From Gemmatimonadota bacterium (GTDB lineage Bacteria > Gemmatimonadota > Gemmatimonadetes > Palauibacterales > KS3-K002), in assembly GCA_041617795.1 (NCBI GenBank), contig JBFJOD010000055.1, positions 1 to 20,109 of the forward strand: DNA of 20,109 nucleotides. The letters run 5' to 3'. Below the pieces are notes generated by a model, which was not told the DNA's origin, searched no databases, and worked only from the letters and a program-made list of their open reading frames with translations. The position numbers and the translations under genes were made by a program. Below, one piece after another: positions 1 to 8,450 of the stretch; within the stretch, counting starts at the first letter, position 1, and every line of letters begins with the position of its first letter.

Positions 1-356
1 GATCTGTCCTGGGTATAGAGGATGTACTTGCCGTCCTGGCTCCAGAAATAACCAACGACAGGTCGCGTCTTGTCCTCGGTGATTGGCCGGGCCGCACTGA
101 ACGGTTCATCGATCCGTTTGACCCAGACGTTGAGGATGCCGTCGAGCTGCTTGACGAACGACACGAAGCGTCCATCGGGCGCCAGCGCGGCGTATGCGAT
201 CTGTGGATCCCCGAAGAAAACCTCCCGGTCGACCAAGGGCGGGAGCTGATCTAGGTAATCCGCCTGCGCCAGGACCGCTGCCGGCGTCAAGGCCGATACG
301 GCAACCGCCAGACCCAGCGTGGCGCTGGCAACCAGGCCGCGAAGCGAGCTTTTCAT
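1..356 (-). CDS. S9 family peptidase (prolyl oligopeptidase/DPP-like), N-terminal signal peptide plus beta-propeller start; 3' part lies beyond the window start
   Basis: Reverse-strand ATG (cat at 354-356) preceded by GGAGGAGG 7 nt upstream (363-370). Translation MKSSLRGLVASATLGLAVAVSALTPAAVLAQA... runs with no stops to position 1. The motif ...RPITEDKTRPVVGYFWSQDGKYILYTQD is the conserved N-terminal propeller entry of S9 peptidases. It is absent from the ORF track only because it is truncated by the window edge. Confidence 0.8.
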   Translation of the reverse strand, partial: MKSSLRGLVASATLGLAVAVSALTPAAVLAQADYLDQLPPLVDREVFFGDPQIAYAALAPDGRFVSFVKQLDGILNVWVKRIDEPFSAARPITEDKTRPVVGYFWSQDGKYILYTQDR

Positions 357-554
357 TATGATACCTCCTCCTTCGGAGTGTAGCGCTGGAAGGAAGCGAT
401 TCGAGCCGGCGTGCACCGGCAACATCAGGGTCGGTATAGCAGGCATGGTGATAGTCGGGATAACCTGAACATCCCTACGGCCTTCCGGCCGGGAGGTTTC
501 AGCCAAGCGCCCGCGGGAGGGACTCGTCGGCGAAGGCGCCCGGCGGCCGAACGA

Positions 555-580
555 AGAGGGCGGCGCAGCGGCCGCCCTCT
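555..580 (-). terminator. GC-rich hairpin about 27 nt downstream of the amidohydrolase stop; candidate intrinsic terminator with no clear U-tract
   Basis: AGAGGGCGGC (555-564) / loop gcagcg / GCCGCCCTCT (571-580) is a perfect 10-bp inverted repeat. The downstream sequence on the minus strand is only weakly T-rich. Confidence 0.35.
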
Positions 581-606
581 CGCTTCGCCACTAAACTTGC
601 GACAGG

Positions 607-2154
607 CTACAGCCCCTCTTGCTTGGCTGTGGCGGTGACGGGTGTCTTTGCCCCGGGCAGCGGGCGCTTTCGGTGCAGTTCCCAGAGCCGCCGGTGCCGG
701 TTGTCGGTGTCCACCGGCATCCCCTTGATGAACACGTACTCCACGGAGGTCTGGATCTCGAGCGGGTCGCCGTCAGTGACTATCAGGTTCCCCAGTTTGC
801 CGGGCTCGATCGTTCCGAGGCGGTCCGCGACCCCGAGTATTTCGGCAGCGTTGACGGTCACCGCATCGAGGGCCTCCTCATAAGGCAGACCGAAGGCCAC
901 AGTGTTCGCCGCCTCGTAGGGCAACGTCCGCGAATCGGACGAGTTGAACGTTCCAAAAGCGATCTTCACACCCGCCGCCTGTAGCTCACCCGCCAACGAA
1001 AACGGATAGTAGTACGGATCATCTTCCTCCGCGGGTAGAGACTGTGAGGCCCCCAAGATCACCGGGATCCCCTTCTCGGCCAGGACCCCCTTCACCTTCC
1101 GAGCATCGCGCGCCCCAGCCAGGACAAGCCGCAAGTTATGGCGCTCGGCGAGATCGATGGCGCTTTCGATTCCTCGTTTATCGTTGGCCACAACGATCAC
1201 GGGCAGTTCACCACCAATCGTGCGGCCCAGATGCTCGAGCTGGACATCGCGGTCGAACTTCGAGGGGTCACCCCTATCGACCGCCTGTTTGTAGTGTTGT
1301 GCCGCCTCGAACCAGCTCTCCAACGTCTGCACCCGCTCGTCGTATTCCTTCTTCGCCTCCGTGTAGGGACGCTCCTTCACCTCGAATGTGGAGAAGTCGA
1401 AGGTGCGTGTGCGGATGCTGGGCCACTCGATCACCATACCGACCGACGGCTCGATCGCCATCTCCTCGACCGTCCACCCATCCAAGTGGACAAGCGCGGG
1501 CTGCCCGGGTATCCCACCCTCCCCGCCGCCGAAAAAGCCGCCGCCCCCGCTGCCCGGAGCGGTGAGCGCGTGGGTAAGCCCATTGGCTCGAGCAACCGGG
1601 ATGTGCTCGCTGGCCGGGTGGATCGCAGCGTAGGCCGTCAAGTGCGGGTTCCAGTTACCCAACTCGTTTACGTCCTCGGTGGCCGAGACCGATCCAATCT
1701 CCGTTAGCCCCAGCCGGCTGAAGGCATCGATCATCCCGGGGTAGACGTGAAGTCCGGTCCCGTCGATCGTCGAGGCACCGTCGGGAATAGCGACGTCCGT
1801 GCCGACTTCGATGATGAGTCCGTCACGCATCACCACGGTACCGTTCTCGATAGCCTCGCCCGCCAGCGTGTGAATGGTAGCGCCGCCGATCACATAGAGC
1901 GGCGCCGGCTCGATGCGGGGATCGTGCTGGGCGGCCAGCTCGCTCGGAGACGCGGCCACGCACAACAGTACCGCGAGGCCGCTACCCGGAAACGCGGCAC
2001 ACACGCGCGATGCGAATTCACCTAACCTATTCTGTTTCGTTTGGATCGACACGGTCCGTTTCCTCCCGATCCGGTTGTTCGCGTTCTTCCTTACCCCTAC
2101 CGGCGCCGCGATCGGTGAAGCGAGGCGCCACCATCGGCTTGACCCCGGCATCAT
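607..2154 (-). CDS. Amidohydrolase-family protein (COG1228-like), secreted; canonical HxH metal motif replaced by IDAFS
   Basis: 515-aa ORF. The N-terminal beta-sandwich region (YVIGGATIHTLAGEAIENGTVVMRDGLIIEVG...IDGTGLHVYPGMIDAFSRLG) and C-terminal ...LIVTDGD...FIKGMPV are typical of imidazolonepropionase-like amidohydrolases. A Gly-rich insertion GSGGGGFFGGGEGG is present. The ATG at 2154 overlaps the upstream stop as ATGA. An alternative GTG start at 2052 is preceded by GGGAGGAAA at 9-nt spacing and gives a more normal-length signal peptide (..GLAVLLCVAASPSELAAQ). Confidence 0.8.
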   Translation of the reverse strand: MMPGSSRWWRLASPIAAPVGVRKNANNRIGRKRTVSIQTKQNRLGEFASRVCAAFPGSGLAVLLCVAASPSELAAQHDPRIEPAPLYVIGGATIHTLAGEAIENGTVVMRDGLIIEVGTDVAIPDGASTIDGTGLHVYPGMIDAFSRLGLTEIGSVSATEDVNELGNWNPHLTAYAAIHPASEHIPVARANGLTHALTAPGSGGGGFFGGGEGGIPGQPALVHLDGWTVEEMAIEPSVGMVIEWPSIRTRTFDFSTFEVKERPYTEAKKEYDERVQTLESWFEAAQHYKQAVDRGDPSKFDRDVQLEHLGRTIGGELPVIVVANDKRGIESAIDLAERHNLRLVLAGARDARKVKGVLAEKGIPVILGASQSLPAEEDDPYYYPFSLAGELQAAGVKIAFGTFNSSDSRTLPYEAANTVAFGLPYEEALDAVTVNAAEILGVADRLGTIEPGKLGNLIVTDGDPLEIQTSVEYVFIKGMPVDTDNRHRRLWELHRKRPLPGAKTPVTATAKQEGL

Positions 2155-5100
2155 GATCCCACCTTCCTCTTCAACGCCTCTTTCTCTGCGGCGATATGTT
2201 CTTGGCGTTCCCGGTCTTGTTCCGCTTCAAAGACGATGCGGCCATCGACGATCGTCGTCAGGCACTTCGCGTAAACGGACAGCGGGTGGTTCTCCCAGAT
2301 CGCCAGGTCAGCATCCTTGCCCACTTCGATCGAGCCCACACGGTTGTCGACGCGCAGCTGCTTCGCCGGATTGATGGTCACCAAGGCCAGCGCCTCGTCC
2401 TCAGACAAACCACCCCACTTCATCGTCTTCCCCGCTTCCTGATTCAGGTGGCGCGCCTCCTCCGGACTGTCCGAGTTGATGGAGACAACGACACCGCGGC
2501 GCGTCATCAGCGCGGCGTTGTAAGGGATCGCATCGTAGGCCTCGACCTTATAAGCCCACCAGTCGGAGAAGGTGGAGGCGCCAGCGCCGTGAGCGGCGAT
2601 CTCATCCGCCACCTTGTAACCCTCCAGCACATGCTGGAAGGCAGCGATCTGGAAACCGAACTCCTCGGCCATGCGGATGAGCTGGAGGATCTCGTCGGCC
2701 CGATAGCTGTGGGCGTGCACGAGGCGTTTGCCTTCCAGAATCTCGACCAACGGCTCGAGCTTGAGGTCGCGCTCCGGCGGCACCAGATCGCGCTCGTTCC
2801 GGCGACGGCGCTCGTACTCGTCCCACTTCCGCTTGTACTCGCGGGCGTCGATGAACGTCCGGCGGATCACATCCATCGTTCCCATTCGTGTCGCGGGATA
2901 GCGCCGCTCCGTGCCAGGCTGTGGACTGAAGTTTGAGCGCTTCACGTTCTCACCCAGCGCGAACTTGATGGTGGGCGGCGCCGCCTGGAAACGCAGGCCC
3001 TCGGCGTCCTCACCCCAGCGGTGCTTGATGATCGCGTTCTGGCCACCGATCGGGTTGGCACTGCCGTGCATAGTGTGAGAGGTCGTCACACCACCGGCTG
3101 CCTCCCTATAGATGTTGATGTCCGTGGGATCGATCACATCTTCGATCCGTACCATCGACGAGACCGCGATGCTGCCCTCGTTCACCGCGTCGGTGGCGAT
3201 GTGCGAGTGGGCATCGATGATTCCGGGGGTCACGTACTTGCCGGTCGCGTCGATCACCCTGGCGCCCGGCGGGACCCGCAGGTCGCTTCCAACGGCGGCG
3301 ATCTTCCCATCACGCACCAGGACGGAGCTGCCTTCGATCGTCCCCCGCGCCACCGTCATGACAGTGGCGTTCTGGATCAGCAACGTGGGCGGTGGCGCAT
3401 CCCAGTCGACCATCGCCGACATCGGCCCCGCCGCGCGGACCGGCTCCGGCGGCGTCACCGCTTCACCCGCCGCCCGGCCTTCGACCCCAACCTCGGCAGG
3501 TGCATCTGCCGGCGCCGCCTCCGGGGCGGCCGCGGCGACCGCGCCCTCCGTGCCGGGTTGCTTCGTCCCCTTGAACTCAGAGGAGAAGCGACCGAAGGAG
3601 ACGCTGCCCTCGATCTCGTCTCCCTCCATCGTCCCCGTGTAAACGGCCTCCACAGTCCGTGGACCCATGGTCATGCTGACCGTGAAGCTGAAGCGATCAC
3701 CGCTCACCCAGCCCTCGGTCAGGCTTCCCTCACCGCGTTGGCCGCGCACCTTGCCGGAGAGCGTTCCATCTTTTTCCATGGTCAGCTCGGCTGTGGACTC
3801 CTGCGTCCCGCGTGGCGACTCGACGGTGAGCGTCCACGTGCCGCTGAGGTCCACAGTCGGCGGCTCCTCGGGCCGACCCGCCTCCCGTTTCTCGAACTTC
3901 AGGCCATCGACGAAAACGATCTTCACTTTCGTCTGCTCGGCGAACAGGTCGCCGTCCGTCACGATCAAGTTCGCGATCTTGCCGCGCTCGACGCTCCCCA
4001 GGCGGTCCGCCACACCGTAGATCTCGGCCACACCTAATGTGAGTCCGCGCAGAGCCGCACCACTCGGCAGCCCCGCTTCCACTGCCTTGCGGACGCTGGC
4101 CAGCACTTCCCGCGGCGTCGCAATGCCGCCCGAGTAGAAAGCGAAGGAGGCGCCAGCCTCGTGGAGCGCTTTCGGTGTCGCCGGCGCCCAGGCCCGATTG
4201 CGCAGCGAGCGGAGCGACTCCTCCGATTCGGGATCCGCGTCCTTCGTCCGCTCAGGCCACTTGAGGTTCACAAGCACCGGCGCCCCGGCGCCCGCAAGCT
4301 CATCGGCGATCGCGTAGCCCTGCTGGGCCCCGTAAACCACCGTCCGCGCTCCCAGCGCTTTCCCGAGCACCAGCGCGCGGCGAATCTCTTTCGCATCATC
4401 GCCGGGGATGAGAACCGGCCAGCGCTCGGCGATGGCGCGACCCAGCGGATCCAGCGTCCGGTCGTAGGCTGGCCGCTCGAGGCCGGCGGGCCGGGCTCGA
4501 TCGGCGGCCGTGGCACGCGCGTATCGACCGGCATCGAGGAAGAGCTGTTTCAGGTAAGCCATTACCCCGAAGAGCGAGCCGGGGAAGCTGCGGAAGCCGC
4601 CGGGACCACGCAGGTTGAGCCGCAATGCTGCCGGCGTCTTCACGACCATCTCCTGCGGCCGCCCATCCCGCAGACTTACCACCGCCCCCTGGCCGGTCAC
4701 GATCCCGTCGGCCGGCGCGGTCATCACGGTGGTGAAACCACCTTCGCGCCAAGTCTTCAGGCGCGAGTCCTCCGTCGTCAGCGCATCGGCAGCGTTGCGG
4801 TAGGAGAACGTGGCGGGCCGGTCTTCCGGCCCATCCGCCAGCGCGCCTCCTCCACCGCGGGCAGCCCCGGCCCCCGCCCGGGAACCCTCAGCTCCGGCGT
4901 CCTCCGACTCGAGCGCCAGGTCCGACAGCGCGTCGAAGAGGCCCGGATAGACCGTCAGCCCCTCGCCGTCGATTGTCCACGCTTCCGGGGGAATCGCGAC
5001 GTTCGTGCCCAGCGCCGCAATGAGTCCGTTCGCGATCACCAGCGTCCCCCGCTCGATGACCGGCCCTGAGACGGTGACGATGCGGGCGTTGGTGATGGCG

Positions 5101-5264
5101 TAGTAGGGCGGTGGGTGCGGCGCGTCGTTCGGCGACTGGCCGGCCGCAGTAGTGGGCAACACGACGAGCGCTGCCAAGCAGAAAACCGAGGCCACTGAGT
5201 GCGCCAAGCCGCGACACAGAATGTCACAACCCGCCGCAACCACGGGAATGGATGCCTGTCTCAT
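2151..5264 (-). CDS. Large (~1037 aa) secreted two-domain amidohydrolase: HxH-lacking N-terminal domain, central beta-rich module, canonical C-terminal domain
   Basis: The ORF-track extreme at 5336 is a TTG. The first ATG is at 5264, preceded by GGAAGGGAAAG and followed by the signal peptide MRQASIPVVAAGCDILCRGLAHSVASVFCLAALVVLPTTAAGQ. The N-terminal domain carries ...TVYPGLFDALSDL (no HxH). The C-terminal domain carries ...YVTPGIIDAHSHIA, ...LVHAHSYR, ...FQHVLEG and ...SINSDSP, the canonical amidohydrolase metal ligands. The stop TGA at 2151-2153 overlaps the next ATG. Confidence 0.85.
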   Translation of the reverse strand: MRQASIPVVAAGCDILCRGLAHSVASVFCLAALVVLPTTAAGQSPNDAPHPPPYYAITNARIVTVSGPVIERGTLVIANGLIAALGTNVAIPPEAWTIDGEGLTVYPGLFDALSDLALESEDAGAEGSRAGAGAARGGGGALADGPEDRPATFSYRNAADALTTEDSRLKTWREGGFTTVMTAPADGIVTGQGAVVSLRDGRPQEMVVKTPAALRLNLRGPGGFRSFPGSLFGVMAYLKQLFLDAGRYARATAADRARPAGLERPAYDRTLDPLGRAIAERWPVLIPGDDAKEIRRALVLGKALGARTVVYGAQQGYAIADELAGAGAPVLVNLKWPERTKDADPESEESLRSLRNRAWAPATPKALHEAGASFAFYSGGIATPREVLASVRKAVEAGLPSGAALRGLTLGVAEIYGVADRLGSVERGKIANLIVTDGDLFAEQTKVKIVFVDGLKFEKREAGRPEEPPTVDLSGTWTLTVESPRGTQESTAELTMEKDGTLSGKVRGQRGEGSLTEGWVSGDRFSFTVSMTMGPRTVEAVYTGTMEGDEIEGSVSFGRFSSEFKGTKQPGTEGAVAAAAPEAAPADAPAEVGVEGRAAGEAVTPPEPVRAAGPMSAMVDWDAPPPTLLIQNATVMTVARGTIEGSSVLVRDGKIAAVGSDLRVPPGARVIDATGKYVTPGIIDAHSHIATDAVNEGSIAVSSMVRIEDVIDPTDINIYREAAGGVTTSHTMHGSANPIGGQNAIIKHRWGEDAEGLRFQAAPPTIKFALGENVKRSNFSPQPGTERRYPATRMGTMDVIRRTFIDAREYKRKWDEYERRRRNERDLVPPERDLKLEPLVEILEGKRLVHAHSYRADEILQLIRMAEEFGFQIAAFQHVLEGYKVADEIAAHGAGASTFSDWWAYKVEAYDAIPYNAALMTRRGVVVSINSDSPEEARHLNQEAGKTMKWGGLSEDEALALVTINPAKQLRVDNRVGSIEVGKDADLAIWENHPLSVYAKCLTTIVDGRIVFEAEQDRERQEHIAAEKEALKRKVGS

Positions 5265-5384
5265 CTTTCCCTTCCGTTGCTTCTGAAGTCTATCCGCGAT
5301 GAGCATGTCAGGTTGGAGCCGGCTATCGGACCTCAAGATGCGACTCTAGAGGGGAAACGCCAAGAGGGGTTGAAGACCTGCGGG

Positions 5385-6020
5385 TTAGCGCGTCGTAAGC
5401 TCGCGATCGATCTCGCGCTGGAACGTTTCCAGCGGCTGCGCCCCGACAAGGATGCGATTGTTCACAAGGAAGGTCGGCGTGCCCATGATCCCGCGGGCGA
5501 TGCCGGCCTGGATGTCATCGTCGACGACCGCGGACTTCCTGCCGGATGTCAGACAGTTCTCGAACCGGCGCGTGTCCAGCCCTACCTGGGCGGCGTAGCC
5601 CACCAGACTCCGGTCATCCAGCGCCCAGTTGTTCTTGAACAGCAGGTCGTGGTACTCGAAAAACCTGTTCTGCTCGCCGGCGCATTCCGCCGCTTGGGCC
5701 GCTTTGTGAGCCCGGCGGTGCTGGTAGCTGACCGGGAAATGGCGGACGGTGTAGTTGACGCGGTCGCCGTAGTCGGCGAGCAGAATCGGATACGTGCTCT
5801 CGAAGTAACGGCGGCAGAAAGGGCACTCGTAGTCGGTGAACTCGATGATCGTCACCGCAGCGTCCTTTGGGCCGCGCAACGGCCGGCCCTCCAGCTCCAA
5901 ACCGAAGGTCCGGCTGAAGGGCGCCGAGTCCGGGGCGCTCTCACGCCCTATGATGAACCCAGCGGCCAGGCCGAATGCCAGGCCAAGGGTCAGATAGAGA
6001 AACTTCGTGCGTCCTGCCAT
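5385..6020 (-). CDS. DsbA-family thiol:disulfide oxidoreductase (thioredoxin fold, CPFC active site), N-terminally membrane-anchored
   Basis: 211 aa. The N-terminal TM segment is FLYLTLGLAFGLAAGFIIG. The motif ...IIEFTDYECPFCRRY has a Cxx C active site. The C-terminal ...GTPTFLVNNRILVGAQP is the typical DsbA cis-Pro loop region. The ATG at 6018-6020 was verified by full manual translation. Confidence 0.85.
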   Translation of the reverse strand: MAGRTKFLYLTLGLAFGLAAGFIIGRESAPDSAPFSRTFGLELEGRPLRGPKDAAVTIIEFTDYECPFCRRYFESTYPILLADYGDRVNYTVRHFPVSYQHRRAHKAAQAAECAGEQNRFFEYHDLLFKNNWALDDRSLVGYAAQVGLDTRRFENCLTSGRKSAVVDDDIQAGIARGIMGTPTFLVNNRILVGAQPLETFQREIDRELTTR

Positions 6021-6033
6021 GTCACCGTCGCGA

Positions 6034-6612
6034 CTACGGACGCCGCAGCGAGGCCAGCGCTTGCGGCATGAGCGCCGCGCAGTTCGCAGCCCGCTCTGCG
6101 TTCAGGTTGCGAACCGGCAGGCCACCCCTCCACCACTTGCCGTCCAGCTGGAAGGTGAAATCAAAGATGTAGACCGTGGCGTCGGTCATATCGTCACCTT
6201 CGTGCTGCGTGTAATAGACAGTCCCGATCGGGGCCCCGACTTCGGAAACTGATCGCTCACCACCATCGGAGATCAATTTCATCATCGTCGCACGGTCGTA
6301 TTCCATCGCCGTGACCTGCCAGGCCGTCACCGAGTTGCCGCCCCGCGGGATCCGGAACTCGAGACCGCTCGAGCCGACCGACAGGTAGTCATCGCTCAAA
6401 CGGCAGTCGGTTGCCGCCGAGGCCGGCGCGATCGGCATCGCATCCTCGTCCGCTTCCTGGCCTTCGTCGTAGGCTTCATCGTAGGCCTCATCCGCGACCG
6501 CCTCCATGTCCTCAGCCGCCATCTCGTCCGGCGCCGGTTCGCGTTCGCCGCCGCAGGCCACGGCCAGGCTCGCCAGCAAGCAAACCGTCAGCAGACTAAA
6601 TCGTCTGTGCAT
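6034..6612 (-). CDS. Hypothetical lipoprotein with acidic EAYDE-repeat linker and a 2-Cys C-terminal domain
   Basis: The internal ATG at 6612 is preceded by GGAGGGCAG. The signal peptide MHRRFSLLTVCLLASLAVAC has lipobox LAVAC. The low-complexity acidic stretch is AEDMEAVADEAYDEAYDEGQEADEDA. The stop is 13 nt before the DsbA start. The ORF-track extension to 6687 starts at TTG and adds residues before the signal peptide, so it was rejected. Confidence 0.65.
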   Translation of the reverse strand: MHRRFSLLTVCLLASLAVACGGEREPAPDEMAAEDMEAVADEAYDEAYDEGQEADEDAMPIAPASAATDCRLSDDYLSVGSSGLEFRIPRGGNSVTAWQVTAMEYDRATMMKLISDGGERSVSEVGAPIGTVYYTQHEGDDMTDATVYIFDFTFQLDGKWWRGGLPVRNLNAERAANCAALMPQALASLRRP

Positions 6613-6715
6613 CTGCCCTCCACTGTTGCTGATTCGAGATTTGGGCCCGACGCTTGGGCACCGATCGGCGGGCCATACCGCAGCCAAAGATGGTAGCGCC
6701 TACCCGAAACGCCAA

Positions 6716-6742
6716 GACCCCGCCTCGGACCGAGGCGGGGTC
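6716..6742 (-). terminator. Hairpin about 36 nt downstream of the 516-aa lipoprotein gene; candidate terminator
   Basis: CCCCGCCTC (6718-6726) / loop ggacc / GAGGCGGGG (6732-6740), extendable to 11 bp (6716-6742). It is followed on the minus strand by the moderately T-rich TTGGCGTTTCGGG. Confidence 0.4.
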
Positions 6743-6777
6743 GCGGATAGGTGCGCTGAATACGACACGCCAGTCGA

Positions 6778-8328
6778 CTACTCCAAGCTGAGGTTCAGAA
6801 CGCCGTTCATTCGAACACCACCTTCCTCGTAGTGCACTCGCAGCCGGCCCTCTTCGGTGCCTTTCAGAAACGCTGCCAGCGGTTGAGACCACGCGGCCTG
6901 ACCGAACGGGTGAGTCGATCCCTCGAACAGGAGACCCGCCAGCGCGCCCAGCTGGACCACGGCGATCTCATCCGGCGGGCCCTCAGCCAGCGCCCACTCC
7001 GGCGTCACCCACGTCGCAGCCGCACCGGCCAGCTCGACACCGACATTCAAGCTCCGGGCGCTTGTCGCGATCACGAGGCGGTCCTCGACAATCTGGAAGA
7101 CGGGTCCGCTGAGTGTTCCCGCCGGACTCCAAACGTCCAGGCCGTGCACTACCCCGCGCGCACCGGCGGCATCCCGGGGTCGGGGCCTGGCCAGCCCCAG
7201 CGAGCGTCCGCGGATTTGCTCGGCCAACCAATCCCTGAGGTCGATGAGTACCGCTACCAGCCGTTCCGGGTCGCGCGCGTCGAGGATGGCCACCAACTCG
7301 GGCGCTCCGGCCTCCCCTTCTAGAAGCAGCACCAGCCCACGGTCACCCAGCGCCTCGACGATGTCCGTCTCGACATCTCGGCCGCTCCGCGCCTCGAACT
7401 CGGCGATCCAGAAGTCGAGGTTGCGAAGCGGACCTTCTGGGTCGCGTTCCGCGACGCTGCGCAGCCAGGCCAGGCCGGCCTCGGGCTCGGTCCGGAACGA
7501 CTTGGCAAGCATCGCATCGCCCGGCAGCTGAGCGGGCAACAGCGCCGGCCCGCGTTCCGTCGCCAAGGCTCGCGTCACGGCTTCGGGGATCACGTCGCTG
7601 GCGAAGCCGACCCACCCGTCCGTCACCAGCTGGCCGTTGACGATGTCGCGGCGGAAGCCAGCGATCTCCACCATCTCGAAATCAGCCGCGAATAGCTGAG
7701 CCAACGGCCGCGCCAAGCTCCGGCCCTCGTACTCCGCCCAGCGGCGCAGCCAGGCGCTGAGGGCTCGCGGGTTGAGCACGACCCGGACCAGACCGCCGGC
7801 CGGAAGGTGCCGGGCGAGCCGGCCGAAGTCGATGGACTTGCCGAGCGACGTCCCATCGCCGGCGGCGGTGCGCTCGACCAACCGCGCGTGAGCCGCCGGC
7901 CCGACCCAGACGGCGCCCCGCGCCGCGACCGTGACCAGATCATCGCTCTCGGCCAGGCGCCGCGTCGCGTCAGTCGGCGAGGCCGGGTCGAGCACCGCGA
8001 CAGGAACGATCCGGCGCGATTCATCTTCTAGCAACGCCAGAATCGCGTGCGAGCCTGCTATCGCCGGGACGTCATCGGCATCCAGCCCGAGCCCGCTCAG
8101 CACATGATCTTGCAGGCGCGCGAGTGGCGGCAAAGCTCGCAGTTCGCTCCAACGGCTGTCGATGTTGAGGAACTCCGCTGCCGCAAGTGTCGAACTCGGA
8201 AGTAAATCTACGAGGTCTTCGGCAGTTGACCGGACCTGCAGCTCCGCCGGTCCGGGATACTGCGTATCGTCGCACGCGATCATCAGGCCGATCGTCAAAC
8301 AGGCCAGGATTTTCGCGATCCTCTTCAT
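6778..8328 (-). CDS. Large conserved hypothetical lipoprotein (~516 aa), function unknown (possibly a DUF3352-like family; not verifiable here)
   Basis: The ATG at 8328 has AGGAGGTGAC 6 nt upstream. The lipoprotein signal is MKRIAKILACLTIGLMIAC. It is a long Ala/Leu/Arg-rich ORF with consistent high-GC codon usage and no recognisable catalytic motif. Confidence 0.7.
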   Translation of the reverse strand: MKRIAKILACLTIGLMIACDDTQYPGPAELQVRSTAEDLVDLLPSSTLAAAEFLNIDSRWSELRALPPLARLQDHVLSGLGLDADDVPAIAGSHAILALLEDESRRIVPVAVLDPASPTDATRRLAESDDLVTVAARGAVWVGPAAHARLVERTAAGDGTSLGKSIDFGRLARHLPAGGLVRVVLNPRALSAWLRRWAEYEGRSLARPLAQLFAADFEMVEIAGFRRDIVNGQLVTDGWVGFASDVIPEAVTRALATERGPALLPAQLPGDAMLAKSFRTEPEAGLAWLRSVAERDPEGPLRNLDFWIAEFEARSGRDVETDIVEALGDRGLVLLLEGEAGAPELVAILDARDPERLVAVLIDLRDWLAEQIRGRSLGLARPRPRDAAGARGVVHGLDVWSPAGTLSGPVFQIVEDRLVIATSARSLNVGVELAGAAATWVTPEWALAEGPPDEIAVVQLGALAGLLFEGSTHPFGQAAWSQPLAAFLKGTEEGRLRVHYEEGGVRMNGVLNLSLE

Positions 8329-8420
8329 GGGTCACCTCCTGCAACAAGCTCACTCGACCCCCTGACCCCTCACCCCTCCCATTACCCGTCCTCATCTCCT
8401 GTCTTCATCTCCCTCTCCCT

Positions 8421-8450
8421 CTTCATCTTCATCTTCATCTTCATCTTCAT
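8421..8450. repeat. (CTTCAT)5 perfect hexanucleotide microsatellite inside a ~110-bp polypyrimidine (plus-strand) tract in the promoter region of the 6778..8328 gene
   Basis: Five perfect tandem copies occupy 8421-8450, with further degenerate copies at 8403-8408 and 8391-8396. The 8340-8455 region is almost purely C/T on the plus strand. Confidence 0.9.

Noticed and set aside
3021-5069. Plus-strand ORFs of 338 aa, 176 aa and 302 aa (3021..4037, 3112..3642, 4161..5069), and also 5199..6071 and 14614..15294
   Set aside because: All lie antisense inside strongly supported minus-strand genes, have Arg/Pro-rich translations, and have no RBS. They are GC-driven open frames.
5265-5336. N-terminal extensions of the ORF-track calls at 5336, 6687, 15808, 15306 and 10227
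   Set aside because: The extreme codons are TTG/GTG and add residues upstream of obvious signal peptides. Internal ATGs have SD motifs or family-typical N-termini. The longer forms are still listed as alternatives.
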